Source of the DNA: Akkermansiaceae bacterium | GTDB lineage: Bacteria > Verrucomicrobiota > Verrucomicrobiia > Verrucomicrobiales > Akkermansiaceae | NCBI GenBank assembly: GCA_031382045.1 | Contig: JANMYL010000118.1 | Location: 1-54,149 of the forward strand | Length of the DNA: 54,149 bases | Reading direction: 5' to 3' | Shown: piece after piece, positions 33,320 through 42,380 of the stretch | How positions within the stretch are numbered: the first letter of the stretch is position 1 | Layout: each line of letters opens with the position of its first letter | The notes under the pieces: model-generated | The model's database searches: none | The model's input: the letters and a program-made list of their open reading frames with translations, nothing else | Told to the model about the DNA's origin: nothing | Made by a program: the position numbers and the translations under genes

Positions 33320-35365
33320 ATGAAAACCGCTATTCTTAAGACCTCCACGGCACTTGCCGCAGCAACTTTCCCTTTTTCTCCATTATCGCTTCCAGCCCAG
33401 CAGGAACTGGATCCTTTAGTCGTGACAGGCACACGCAGCGAGCGTCTGCTCAGTGAAGCTGCGGTGCGGACGGAGATTCTGAATCGTGAGCAACTGGAGA
33501 CGACGCAATCGAAAACCCTAGCCGATGCGTTGGAATGGTCGAATGGGGTGCGGGTGGAAAACAACTGCCAGAATTGCAATTTCTCACAAATTCGGCTGCT
33601 AGGCCTGCAAGGAGGTTTCACGCAGGTTCTCACTGATGGGCGCCCGACCTTGTCATCGCTGGCGTCGGTCTATGGAGTTGAGCAAATCCCGATGGCCTTG
33701 GTGGAGCAGATCGAAATCGTCAAAGGCGGCGGCTCTGCGCTTTATGGACCCGGCGCGATTGCTGGGGTGGTAAATATTATCCCACGTGAGCCGACAGAAA
33801 ATGGCGGTTACCTCAACTACGACTACTCCACCTTCGGCGCCGGGCCAAATCATCTTACCGGCCTTGGCCTCGATCAGGTCAACAAGGACGGGACTCTGGG
33901 ATTTACGACGTTCGGCCAATTTTCCAGCCGCTCGCCTTACGATCATAACGGGGATGGATTCACCGAGTTAGGGATGCAGGATCTTTTTTCTGCCGGAATG
34001 AGAGCCTTCTGGGAGCCGACGAAAGCGACGCGTTTGAGCGTGGATTTCACGACTGCCCAAGAAGAACGCCGGGGCGGCGACCGACTGGACCAGCCGGTGC
34101 CCCAAGCAGAAATCGCCGAGATGATCGAGAGTCAGCTCTACCAAGGCGGCATCCGTTGGGAACATGAAATCGATGATAAGCTGTCGTATGAACTTAGCCT
34201 CAGCGGTAACTACACGCAGCGCGATACCTACTATGGATCGGGGATGGACCCAAATGCGTTTGGCGAGTCCGAAAGTCCGGTTTTCCAGGCGGATGCGCTC
34301 ATGCACTACCAGCTCAATGACGAAACCAAGCTTTCTTTTGGGATGCAGTATCAGTATGAAAAACTGGAGGACGAGCAGCCCGCTTACAATCGCTTCACCT
34401 TCCAAGAGATCGAAAATTTCGGCGTAATATCCCAAGCGGAATGGGATCCGACGGATAAATGGAACATTGTCGCCGGGGCGCGGCTCGACTTCAATTCGGA
34501 GCTGGATGATCCGGTGATTTCCCCACGGGTTTCAGGGAAATATAAACTGTTGGAAGATTTTGCGTTGCGTGGTTCTTACTCCTCGGGCTTCCGTGCACCG
34601 CAAGTTTTTGATGAAGATCTGGCCATCGAGCAAGCAGGAGGAAACGCGCAAGTGATCCGCAATGGCGCGAACTTAATCGAAGAAACCTCTCAGAGCGTGG
34701 CCCTCGGCTTCGAGTGGAATCCGGCACTGGATGGCGATTTCTTGCCGAAAAATCTCACCGCCCACGATAGCAATCCGATCACCTTTGAGGTCAACGGTTT
34801 CTTCACCCGCCTCGAAGACACCTTCGACATCGTGGAGGACGATGATCTCGCCACCCCTGAGACCGAGTTCACTCGTATCAACGGCCCGGATGCGGATGTT
34901 TATGGCGCGGAGCTGAACATCGTCTGGGAAGTCACGCAGAATCTCCGCTTTGATCTCGGCTACGTGGAGCAGCGCTCGCTTTTTGATGATCCATCGGGTG
35001 ATTTCGGCAGCCGAAAATTCGACCGCACCCCGGAACGCTACGGCCTGCTGGGTCTGACATGGGACTCACCGATTTGCGAGGTGTTCTTGGGTGGGAAATT
35101 TACTGGGCCAATGGAAGTTCCGCATTACGCAGGCTTTGTGGCGACGGATCGCTTGGAGAAATCCCCCTCGTTCTTCACCGTGGATCTGGGCTTGAGCAAA
35201 ATATTTCAGATTGGAGACACCAACCTCACCGTGACTGCCGGGGTCAAAAATCTATTTGACGACTACCAAGACGACCTCGACGAGGGTGCTAACCGCGATC
35301 CCTCCTACGTCTATGGCCCGCGTTTTCCCCGGATGTTTCACCTCGGGTGCAAGTATGAGTTCTAG
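33320..35365 (+). CDS. TonB-dependent outer membrane receptor, probably metal (Zn) uptake
   Basis: LVVTGTR, plug with NCQNC, IEIVKGGGSALYG, FRAPQVFDED, C-terminal Phe. Confidence 0.92.
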   Translation: MKTAILKTSTALAAATFPFSPLSLPAQQELDPLVVTGTRSERLLSEAAVRTEILNREQLETTQSKTLADALEWSNGVRVENNCQNCNFSQIRLLGLQGGFTQVLTDGRPTLSSLASVYGVEQIPMALVEQIEIVKGGGSALYGPGAIAGVVNIIPREPTENGGYLNYDYSTFGAGPNHLTGLGLDQVNKDGTLGFTTFGQFSSRSPYDHNGDGFTELGMQDLFSAGMRAFWEPTKATRLSVDFTTAQEERRGGDRLDQPVPQAEIAEMIESQLYQGGIRWEHEIDDKLSYELSLSGNYTQRDTYYGSGMDPNAFGESESPVFQADALMHYQLNDETKLSFGMQYQYEKLEDEQPAYNRFTFQEIENFGVISQAEWDPTDKWNIVAGARLDFNSELDDPVISPRVSGKYKLLEDFALRGSYSSGFRAPQVFDEDLAIEQAGGNAQVIRNGANLIEETSQSVALGFEWNPALDGDFLPKNLTAHDSNPITFEVNGFFTRLEDTFDIVEDDDLATPETEFTRINGPDADVYGAELNIVWEVTQNLRFDLGYVEQRSLFDDPSGDFGSRKFDRTPERYGLLGLTWDSPICEVFLGGKFTGPMEVPHYAGFVATDRLEKSPSFFTVDLGLSKIFQIGDTNLTVTAGVKNLFDDYQDDLDEGANRDPSYVYGPRFPRMFHLGCKYEF

Positions 35366-35378
35366 AGTTAGGAAAATC

Positions 35379-35403
35379 TCCCTCGCATGACTCTTGCGAG
35401 GGA
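35379..35403. terminator. Hairpin between convergent transcription units
   Basis: TCCCTCGCA-TGACTCT-TGCGAGGGA. Confidence 0.55.
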
Positions 35404-35410
35404 AGCGGTT

Positions 35411-35592
35411 CTAAAAAAGTCGAAATGCCGTCACAGCGGGTTCATCATGGAAACTATCAATTAGGAAATCACGGTTAAGGCCAAGGCCGATGAAGACGAC
35501 CGCGGGTTTCATGCTTTTTTCAGCAAGCTCGATAATGCGGGGTCGTTGAGGATCATGGCAGCATGGGCTGCAGGTGGCGCGTATTCGCTCAT
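35411..35592 (-). pseudogene. Two ATGA-coupled mini-ORFs (27 and 33 aa); the second has a FolK-like N-terminus
   Basis: MSEYAPPAAHAAMILNDPALSSLLKKA* (35592-35509), then MKPAVVFIGLGLN... (35512-35411). Confidence 0.4.
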
Positions 35593-37328
35593 GCTGGGGT
35601 TTCCGTTAAGACGGCTTCGCTTTTCAGGCGGGCGAGGAAATCGATGATGGCGGTGGGGCCTTCATCGCCGCTTTTGCGGGAGCGGACGGCGACTTGCTCT
35701 GCCTCGGATTCGCGCTTGCCGATGACGGCCATGAGCGGGATTTTATCGAGCTGGGCGCGGCGGATTTTAGCTCCTATTTTATCTGGCTGGGCATCAATGG
35801 TGGCGCGGATTCGGAGTTTTTTGCAGCGGGCAAGCAGTGCATCGGCGGCGGGGATTTGATCGTCGGTGATGGGGATGATGCGGAGTTGCTCGGGGGCGAT
35901 CCAGGTGGGAAAATCACCGGCGTAGTGTTCGATGAGCAGGCCCATGAAACGCTCGATGGAGCCGAACACCGCGCGGTGGATCATTACCGGGCGGTGTGGC
36001 TTATTGTCGCTGCCGGTGTATTCCAATTGGAAGCGGTCCGGCAGGCTGAAGTCCACCTGGATGGTGCCTAACTGCCACGAGCGGCCGATGGCATCCAGTG
36101 CCATGAAATCCAATTTCGGCCCGTAAAACGCCGCTTCGCCTAGGCCGACGGTGTGGGTGAGTTCCAATTCCGCCACCACCTCACGGATGCATGCTTCCGC
36201 CGGGTCCCAGAGATCGTCGGCACCGGCATATTTCGATTTGTTCGCAGGATCGCGGAGGGAAACGCGGCATTCTGTTTTCAAATCGAAAACCGCCATGACC
36301 TCCTGCACCAGTTGGAGGCAACTCTTGAACTCATCCTTGAGCTGAGCGGCGGTGCAGAAGATATGCCCATCGTCCTGGGTGAAACCACGGACGCGGGTGA
36401 GGCCGTTGAGTTCGCCGCTCTGCTCCATCCGATAGACGGTGCCAAACTCGGCGTAGCGCTGCGGCAGATCCCGGTAGCTTCGAGGCTCGAAGGTGTATGC
36501 TTGGATGTGCATCGGGCAGTTCATCGGCTTGAGCAGGAACTCGCGGTCGTCGATCTTTATCGGCTCATACATGCTATCCGCATAGTAAGGATAGTGGCCG
36601 GAGGTTTTGTAGAGATCGATGCTGCCGATGTGCGGCGAGTAGAGCGACTTGTAACCGTAGTCGAAAAGCTTGTCCGAGATGAGTTTTTCAAGCTGCTGGC
36701 GGATGACAGCACCCTTGGGTAAGAGCAAGGGCAGGCCGCTGCCGATTTCCTGGCCGAGGGCGAAGAGTTTCAGTTGCTGGCCGATTTTCCGATGGTCGCG
36801 CAGGGCGGCTTGGGCGAGTCGTTCGAGATGAGAGTCGAGTTCCTCCTGAGTCGGAAATGCGGTGCCGTAAATCCGTTGGAGCTGAGGTTGGGTGACATCG
36901 CTGCGGTGGTAGGAGCCGGCGATGGACAGCAGCTTGAAGGCTCCGATTCTTCCAGTGGATGGAAGATGCGTGCCCGCGCAGAGATCGATGAATCCGCCGT
37001 TTTGATAGAGTGAAATCGCCTCGCCTTCGGGGATGTCCGCGAGCCTACCAACTTTGTAGGTTTGCTGTTTCCCGGTGAATAGACTGGCTGCTTTTTCGCG
37101 AGTCACCTCGCTGCGGATGAATGGCTGATCCTCCGCGATGATGGTCCGCATCTCCGCTTCGATTTTTTCGAAATCTCCGGTGCTGAAGCGCTGCGGACCG
37201 CCAAAATCATAGTAAAATCCCTGGGCAGTTGGCGGGCCGATGTCGAGCTGCGCATCCGGATAGAGACGTAGGACAGCGGCACCGAGGACGTGGGCGGTGG
37301 AGTGGCGGAGTTGTTCGAGTGGTGACAT
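35589..37328 (-). CDS. thrS: Threonine--tRNA ligase, probable low-zinc paralog lacking the TGS domain
   Basis: LRHSTAHV, DLCAGTH, RDHRKIG, KPMNCP, QDDGHIF, AFYGPKLD, VMIHRA; ATG 37328. Confidence 0.95.
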   Translation of the reverse strand: MSPLEQLRHSTAHVLGAAVLRLYPDAQLDIGPPTAQGFYYDFGGPQRFSTGDFEKIEAEMRTIIAEDQPFIRSEVTREKAASLFTGKQQTYKVGRLADIPEGEAISLYQNGGFIDLCAGTHLPSTGRIGAFKLLSIAGSYHRSDVTQPQLQRIYGTAFPTQEELDSHLERLAQAALRDHRKIGQQLKLFALGQEIGSGLPLLLPKGAVIRQQLEKLISDKLFDYGYKSLYSPHIGSIDLYKTSGHYPYYADSMYEPIKIDDREFLLKPMNCPMHIQAYTFEPRSYRDLPQRYAEFGTVYRMEQSGELNGLTRVRGFTQDDGHIFCTAAQLKDEFKSCLQLVQEVMAVFDLKTECRVSLRDPANKSKYAGADDLWDPAEACIREVVAELELTHTVGLGEAAFYGPKLDFMALDAIGRSWQLGTIQVDFSLPDRFQLEYTGSDNKPHRPVMIHRAVFGSIERFMGLLIEHYAGDFPTWIAPEQLRIIPITDDQIPAADALLARCKKLRIRATIDAQPDKIGAKIRRAQLDKIPLMAVIGKRESEAEQVAVRSRKSGDEGPTAIIDFLARLKSEAVLTETPA

Positions 37329-37344
37329 GATGAGAGTGTGGGAT

Positions 37345-38475
37345 TTAGCGTATGACCTTGAGCTTGGCCGGCCATGGATCGGGAAAGCTGCCGCCGTTCT
37401 GCCAATGGGTGATTTCTTCATCGGTGCAGAAACAGTCCATCAGCTCGTTGCCGAAAATTTTCAGATCGCGGACGTGACCTATCAGGGTGAGTTCGCAGGA
37501 GCGGTCGCCGAAGAGCGGGTGCTGGGCATTGAGTTGCTGCCGGAGGTGATCTCGCTCCTCGGCTAACAGGCGAGTATCCTTCTCGAGGACATGGGTGCGC
37601 CAGGTGGCGAGGAATTCCAGGCCCATCGCGCCGCCGGCCTGATTCCATAGCAGGACGTGACCGGGGCGGCTGGCGAACCAGATGAAGCCCTTGCTGCGAA
37701 ACAAGCCGATGCCGAGGCGCTCGCGGTAGAGATCGAAAAACCTCTGGGGATGCAGCGGGCGCGGATCGCAGATGACGATGCTGTCGATGTCGCTCCGCCG
37801 GGTTTCGCGGCCGGATGACTCCATTTCCTTGCCGTAAGGCGGGGCTTGGAGAATGACGGATGGCTCGATATTGCCATGGGCGCAGCCGACGAGAATAGCA
37901 TCTGGGTTGATGGCTTGAATGGAGCGCAGCAGTGGCGCAAGCTGATCCTCGCGGATGATGTCCAGCTTGGTGATGACGATGACGCTGGCAACGCGGAGTT
38001 GCTCGATCAACACGCTCTCGGCGGTGATCGTTTCCGACGTGTGGGCGAGATGAGCTAACAAACTTTGGCCACCGTCGTAATCGTGCAGCAACATTCTGGC
38101 ATCTACCAGGGTCGCGACAGCGTGCAACGTGCCCGCTTCCGCCGCGAGAATTTCTCCGATCACGACATGTGGCTCGGTGCTGCCGGAGGTCTCGATGATG
38201 AGATGCTCGATGCCGGATGAGTGCATCGACTTGAGAGCTGCCAGAAAATCCTCACGACGCTCGCTTGAAATGGAACCCGCGCGAATACTGACAAGAGTGC
38301 CGTTTTTTTCCGAAACGAGATCGCCCATCCGCACCAGTTCGCCATCGACTTCCAATTGGCTGAGATCGTTGATGATGACGCCGGTGCTGGAGGCGGCGGA
38401 GTGGTCGGCAATGAACCGCCGGAGGAAGGTGGTTTTACCTGCTCCGAGAAATCCGGTGATGAGGGTGATTCGCAT
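37345..38475 (-). CDS. COG0523 (CobW/ZigA-like) GTPase lacking the CxCC motif
   Basis: [14 protein letters not shown], CobW_C (RPLHPQRF, RSKGFIW, FGDR..ELTLIG); GSISS at the GCICC position. Confidence 0.9.
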   Translation of the reverse strand: MRITLITGFLGAGKTTFLRRFIADHSAASSTGVIINDLSQLEVDGELVRMGDLVSEKNGTLVSIRAGSISSERREDFLAALKSMHSSGIEHLIIETSGSTEPHVVIGEILAAEAGTLHAVATLVDARMLLHDYDGGQSLLAHLAHTSETITAESVLIEQLRVASVIVITKLDIIREDQLAPLLRSIQAINPDAILVGCAHGNIEPSVILQAPPYGKEMESSGRETRRSDIDSIVICDPRPLHPQRFFDLYRERLGIGLFRSKGFIWFASRPGHVLLWNQAGGAMGLEFLATWRTHVLEKDTRLLAEERDHLRQQLNAQHPLFGDRSCELTLIGHVRDLKIFGNELMDCFCTDEEITHWQNGGSFPDPWPAKLKVIR

Positions 38476-38476
38476 A

Positions 38477-39667
38477 TTAGGAAATGGATTTCATCGCCTC
38501 AGCATACCGGCGTGCGCGGGCATCCGGAGGCGCGGCTTCGCTGGTGATGGCGCAGGTGCAGTCGGTGCAGCAGTCGAGATCTTCGTTGAGGAAGCCGTTG
38601 TCTTCGTAGGCATCGAGCGGCATGGGATTGCCACCCAAGCGTCTCGCGATTTCACTGGCGACGACGCCGAAGCGGGAGCGGAATTTGTAGATGAAGCAGA
38701 ATTTCGCGCCCCGGTGTTCTAGCAGTGGACCACAGTAAAAAAGGCCGGGTGTCGTGGTGCTTTCGTCAGGTTCTTCTGAAAACACGGGGTGGCCATTCTT
38801 CAGCTCGAAGTGGTGGATGATCCGGGCGAGGCTGCCGAGAAATCCGGTGGAGAGGCCGATGAACAGCACCACGGGAAAGGCCCAGAGAAACGAATACCAG
38901 CCGAGGGTGAGCACTCCGTAGCCCCCAGTGAGCAAGGCGGCGGCGAGCGGACTGAGACGCGCGTTCAGCCAATCCGTGACTGGACTGATAAAGGCATCAT
39001 CGGCGAGGGGTTGTAGGAAATCAGCGAGCCTGAAAGCGGCGATGACCGGGACAATCCACAGCAAGGCGAGCACTAGCAGTGAAAGTAGCGGACCGCCGCC
39101 GCGATGCTCGAACCAAGTTGCAGATGGAACGAGTTTCCAGGATGAGTTAGGTGCAGCAGGCGAGGTGGTGATGGGCAAGCGGGCGTCTTGGATCGCCGCA
39201 AGCAGCGCCGTCCGCTTGACGGGTGATAGATCGCGGGCGTTCAGCGCGACGACGGGCACGCCTAGCGTTTCCCGGTAGTGGGCAGCCAGCGCTGAGATCT
39301 TCTTTTCATCCTTGTCGGCGAAAGTGACGGCCACGGCGAGACGCTTGGTGGAAGCGTTGATTTCACCGAGCAGCCCCTCCATTTCCTGTTGGAGATTCGT
39401 GCCACGGACGACGAGCAGGACGGTGTCGCTGCCGTGGATTTTTTCTAAGGCGAGGCGGGTCGTTTCCGTATCTGCCTTGAGCCTCACGCCGGGCGTGTCG
39501 ATGATTTCACACTGGCAGTCCTCGGAATGGCAGGAGCGGCAGCTCACGGTGGAGCCCCGGAAATTCGCTTCATGGCCGGTGGCTTCTCCGGTGAGGCGGC
39601 GGAAGAGTGCGGTCTTCCCGGCGGATTCGAAACCGGCGAGAACGATGCTGGGAGAAAAGGTGGTCAT
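38477..39667 (-). CDS. In-frame chimera: FeoB-like GTPase plus first TM helices fused to the C-terminus of an FAD-dependent oxidoreductase (probable deletion product)
   Basis: GFESAGKT, NFRGSTV, DTPG, TFADK, TM helices; then TGF...DES...PGLFYCGP...FCFIYKFR...DLDCCTDCTC. Confidence 0.7.
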   Translation of the reverse strand: MTTFSPSIVLAGFESAGKTALFRRLTGEATGHEANFRGSTVSCRSCHSEDCQCEIIDTPGVRLKADTETTRLALEKIHGSDTVLLVVRGTNLQQEMEGLLGEINASTKRLAVAVTFADKDEKKISALAAHYRETLGVPVVALNARDLSPVKRTALLAAIQDARLPITTSPAAPNSSWKLVPSATWFEHRGGGPLLSLLVLALLWIVPVIAAFRLADFLQPLADDAFISPVTDWLNARLSPLAAALLTGGYGVLTLGWYSFLWAFPVVLFIGLSTGFLGSLARIIHHFELKNGHPVFSEEPDESTTTPGLFYCGPLLEHRGAKFCFIYKFRSRFGVVASEIARRLGGNPMPLDAYEDNGFLNEDLDCCTDCTCAITSEAAPPDARARRYAEAMKSIS

Positions 39668-40665
39668 TTGGAGCGGCTGACGAGAAAATGTTCGATGGAT
39701 GGGATTCCATTTGAAGCAGGCGGCACGATGGTGGATGTCTGATAGAAAAACGTGCTGAGGGAATTGCGGATTTTCGTTTCATCCATGCCGTTGCCGATGA
39801 ACACGGCGCAGGGTTCCGCGCCTTCCGGCATAAAGGTCTTGATGATGCTGGGATTTCCCCACTCATCGTCGGTGCGCTGGAAAAAGCAGGCGTCATCGAT
39901 GGGATCGTCTATCAGCCGGACCACGCCCTTGATCCGCAGAACCTTCGGTGGGAAGGACCGCAGCCAGCGGACGAGGATGTCCTCACGCATCGGCGGCAGG
40001 TCGAGACGCAGGGCGAGGTGGTGGTGGGCGTGGCCGATGGGTTCGGCGGGATTAAGCGCGGCAGTGGGTTTGCTGGAAATAGTTAGGAGTTCGGCGATGA
40101 AGTCGGCGACGGTGGTGCGGACGGCGTTCGGGTTGAGTGAATGGAGGTCGGTTTTGACGCGGAGTTGTTGTTTGACGGAGGCCTTCTCGCTGCGGTTCGT
40201 GAGGAGGTGGCTGGCGGTGGTTGCCTGGGCGCGTTGGATTTTTTTATCCCAGCCGAACAGGCGTTTCTGCCAGCGGGATTCGTTGACGACCGTGATTTGA
40301 TAGATCGGACCGAAGCGCTCGATGAGCGCGGTATCCAGCGTAAGTAATTCGATGAGGGGAAACGGATCAGTGGTGCCGTTCGCCTCGATGAAGACGATGG
40401 GATCGAGGTCGGTCGGAATACTTTCCAAGGCCTTGATGAGGCTGGTGGAGGAGTCGCAGCAAATGCAGCCGCCGGAAACGGGATTCACATCCGGCGCGAC
40501 TTGGCGGAGCAGGGCGGAGTCCACTTCCGCATTCGAGAAGTCATTGAGAATGACGTAGGGCGGGCGCGGCGAACCGACGAGCTGCGGAATGATCTCGCGC
40601 AGGAAGGTGGTTTTCCCGGCTCCGAGGTAACCGGAGACGATAACGATGGGAATGCGTTCAGACAT
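39664..40665 (-). CDS. COG0523 GTPase, divergent
   Basis: GYLGAGKTT, GGCICC, EANGTTDP, HAHHH, LRIKG. Confidence 0.9.
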   Translation of the reverse strand: MSERIPIVIVSGYLGAGKTTFLREIIPQLVGSPRPPYVILNDFSNAEVDSALLRQVAPDVNPVSGGCICCDSSTSLIKALESIPTDLDPIVFIEANGTTDPFPLIELLTLDTALIERFGPIYQITVVNESRWQKRLFGWDKKIQRAQATTASHLLTNRSEKASVKQQLRVKTDLHSLNPNAVRTTVADFIAELLTISSKPTAALNPAEPIGHAHHHLALRLDLPPMREDILVRWLRSFPPKVLRIKGVVRLIDDPIDDACFFQRTDDEWGNPSIIKTFMPEGAEPCAVFIGNGMDETKIRNSLSTFFYQTSTIVPPASNGIPSIEHFLVSRSK

Positions 40666-41689
40666 CGGCGTGGGCGGGTTGCGGGGAGGGTTCTTCCGGG
40701 AATTTTGCTAGCGGTCCGAAATGCTGGTGGCTGAGTTCCAGCAGTCCGGCGGGATCGAGCCTGGGGCCTATCAGAATGGCGGATGGCGGCACGCGCTGGC
40801 TTATGGGAACCTCCAGCGGATTTGGCATGATGTCCCCGGCGACGCGCTCGAACAAGTGGCGGACTTCCGGTGAATCAATCAAGGAAACGAGAGCCTTGGC
40901 GCGATACACGGAATCCGGCAAGGCGGCCAGCCAGCCGAGAATCGTTTTTTCCCGGACGCGGGGTGGCAGTATAATTTGGCAGCCAGTGAAGGCGTGGGCT
41001 AGGTGGTGGCCGTTGCGCTGCGGTAGCTTCACTTCTTTCTGCTGCCCATAGGAAACCGCAGGCTGCATGGCGGCGATGGTCGCGGCGAGATGGCTTGAAA
41101 GCCGCGCGGCGGTGATCTCGGTGGCGTGGGGATTGATGGATCTAACACGAACAATCAGGGCTGTGCGATCCACCCCGGCGGTGTGACTGATGACAAAATG
41201 GCTGGCGGTGTGGAGTTGTAAAATTTCAAGGGCTGAGAACTCCTCGCGTTTTCCGAAGTGGCGGGCATCGACCACGCACACCTGCCAGCGCGGGCGGAAG
41301 TGGAGTTTGTTCTCCAGCAAGGTGAAGCTCTCCAGCAGTGGCAGCGGATCGGCGGTGCCGTTGAGTTCGACGACAAGCACGGAACTGCGGGTGGCCTGCG
41401 CGGTGACGGCGAGCTGGACGAGGTCGCTCAATCCATCGCAACACGCGCAACTGGCGGCCAGTGCGGCGATAGACTCGGCCTTGCCATGCAGCGTTTCCGC
41501 ATCGAGCGCGGCATTTTCATAGTCGTTGAGAATGACATCCGCAGTGAGGTTCTGCGCTTTCACCTGACCTAGCAGGTCGCGGAGAAACGTAGTTTTTCCA
41601 GCTCCGAGAAATCCAGTGATGAGGACAAGCGGCCGGTACTTCACGAGGCTTGGCAGCGGTGCGAGGGACTGGAAGGAGTGGCTGCTCAT
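40658..41689 (-). CDS. COG0523 GTPase, divergent
   Basis: [27 protein letters not shown]. Confidence 0.9.
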   Translation of the reverse strand: MSSHSFQSLAPLPSLVKYRPLVLITGFLGAGKTTFLRDLLGQVKAQNLTADVILNDYENAALDAETLHGKAESIAALAASCACCDGLSDLVQLAVTAQATRSSVLVVELNGTADPLPLLESFTLLENKLHFRPRWQVCVVDARHFGKREEFSALEILQLHTASHFVISHTAGVDRTALIVRVRSINPHATEITAARLSSHLAATIAAMQPAVSYGQQKEVKLPQRNGHHLAHAFTGCQIILPPRVREKTILGWLAALPDSVYRAKALVSLIDSPEVRHLFERVAGDIMPNPLEVPISQRVPPSAILIGPRLDPAGLLELSHQHFGPLAKFPEEPSPQPAHADV

Positions 41690-41898
41690 GAGGCTTCGTG
41701 GTGGGCTTGTTCGAACCAGGAAATGACAAGGGCACGGTAGTTTTCTCCATAATGTGCGATGAAATTCTGGGTGGCGGGGATGGAGTCATCACGCAGCGCG
41801 GCGATGCGCTCGGTGCAATAGTCGCGGCTGAGGGTGAGTCCGCAGCGGAGGGTGATGGCTTGGCGCCATTCGGTGAAATCGGAGAAAACAGGCATCAA
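41686..41898 (-). CDS. Small hypothetical protein
   Basis: Overlaps both neighbours by 4 nt; W..AIT..CG..L...YG..Y...VISWFEQA. Confidence 0.75.
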   Translation of the reverse strand: MMPVFSDFTEWRQAITLRCGLTLSRDYCTERIAALRDDSIPATQNFIAHYGENYRALVISWFEQAHHEAS

Positions 41899-42380
41899 AG
41901 TTGAGTGGGGTTCGGGGTATCTTTGTAAATGGCGAGTGGATCGAATGATTTTTCGTGTTCTATGAATTTCAGCCGGGTGGGTTCGTCAGCGGCAGGCGGA
42001 ATCGGGATTTCCCGATAGAAGCAACTGCGGTAGCCGACATGACAGGAAGCTTCATTGCCTCCGGCAGTGGGCGTCGTTAGATCCACCTCGATCACGACGC
42101 AGTCCTGATCGTCGTCTATGAGCATGCGGCGAACGTGCTGGACCATGCCGGAGGTTTCGCCTTTTTTCCAAAGCCTGCGGCGCGAACGCGACCAGTAGTG
42201 GGCGAGGCCGGTTTGCATCGTTAGCTTCAGCGCCTCCTCGTTCATGAAGGCAAACATCAGGACCTCGCGGGTTTCCGCGCTGAGGGTGATGCAGGGCAGG
42301 CAGCCGTTGGTATCGAACTTCGGGGCGAGATCGGTGCCTTCTTCAACCTGGGCGATGCTGGTGCGTGGAGTGAAAATCAT
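41895..42380 (-). CDS. hisI: Phosphoribosyl-AMP cyclohydrolase paralog with a Cys-to-Asp change
   Basis: VLMFAFMN, YWSRSR..LWKKGETSG, IDDDQD, SCHVGYRSCFY. Confidence 0.92.
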   Translation of the reverse strand: MIFTPRTSIAQVEEGTDLAPKFDTNGCLPCITLSAETREVLMFAFMNEEALKLTMQTGLAHYWSRSRRRLWKKGETSGMVQHVRRMLIDDDQDCVVIEVDLTTPTAGGNEASCHVGYRSCFYREIPIPPAADEPTRLKFIEHEKSFDPLAIYKDTPNPTQL

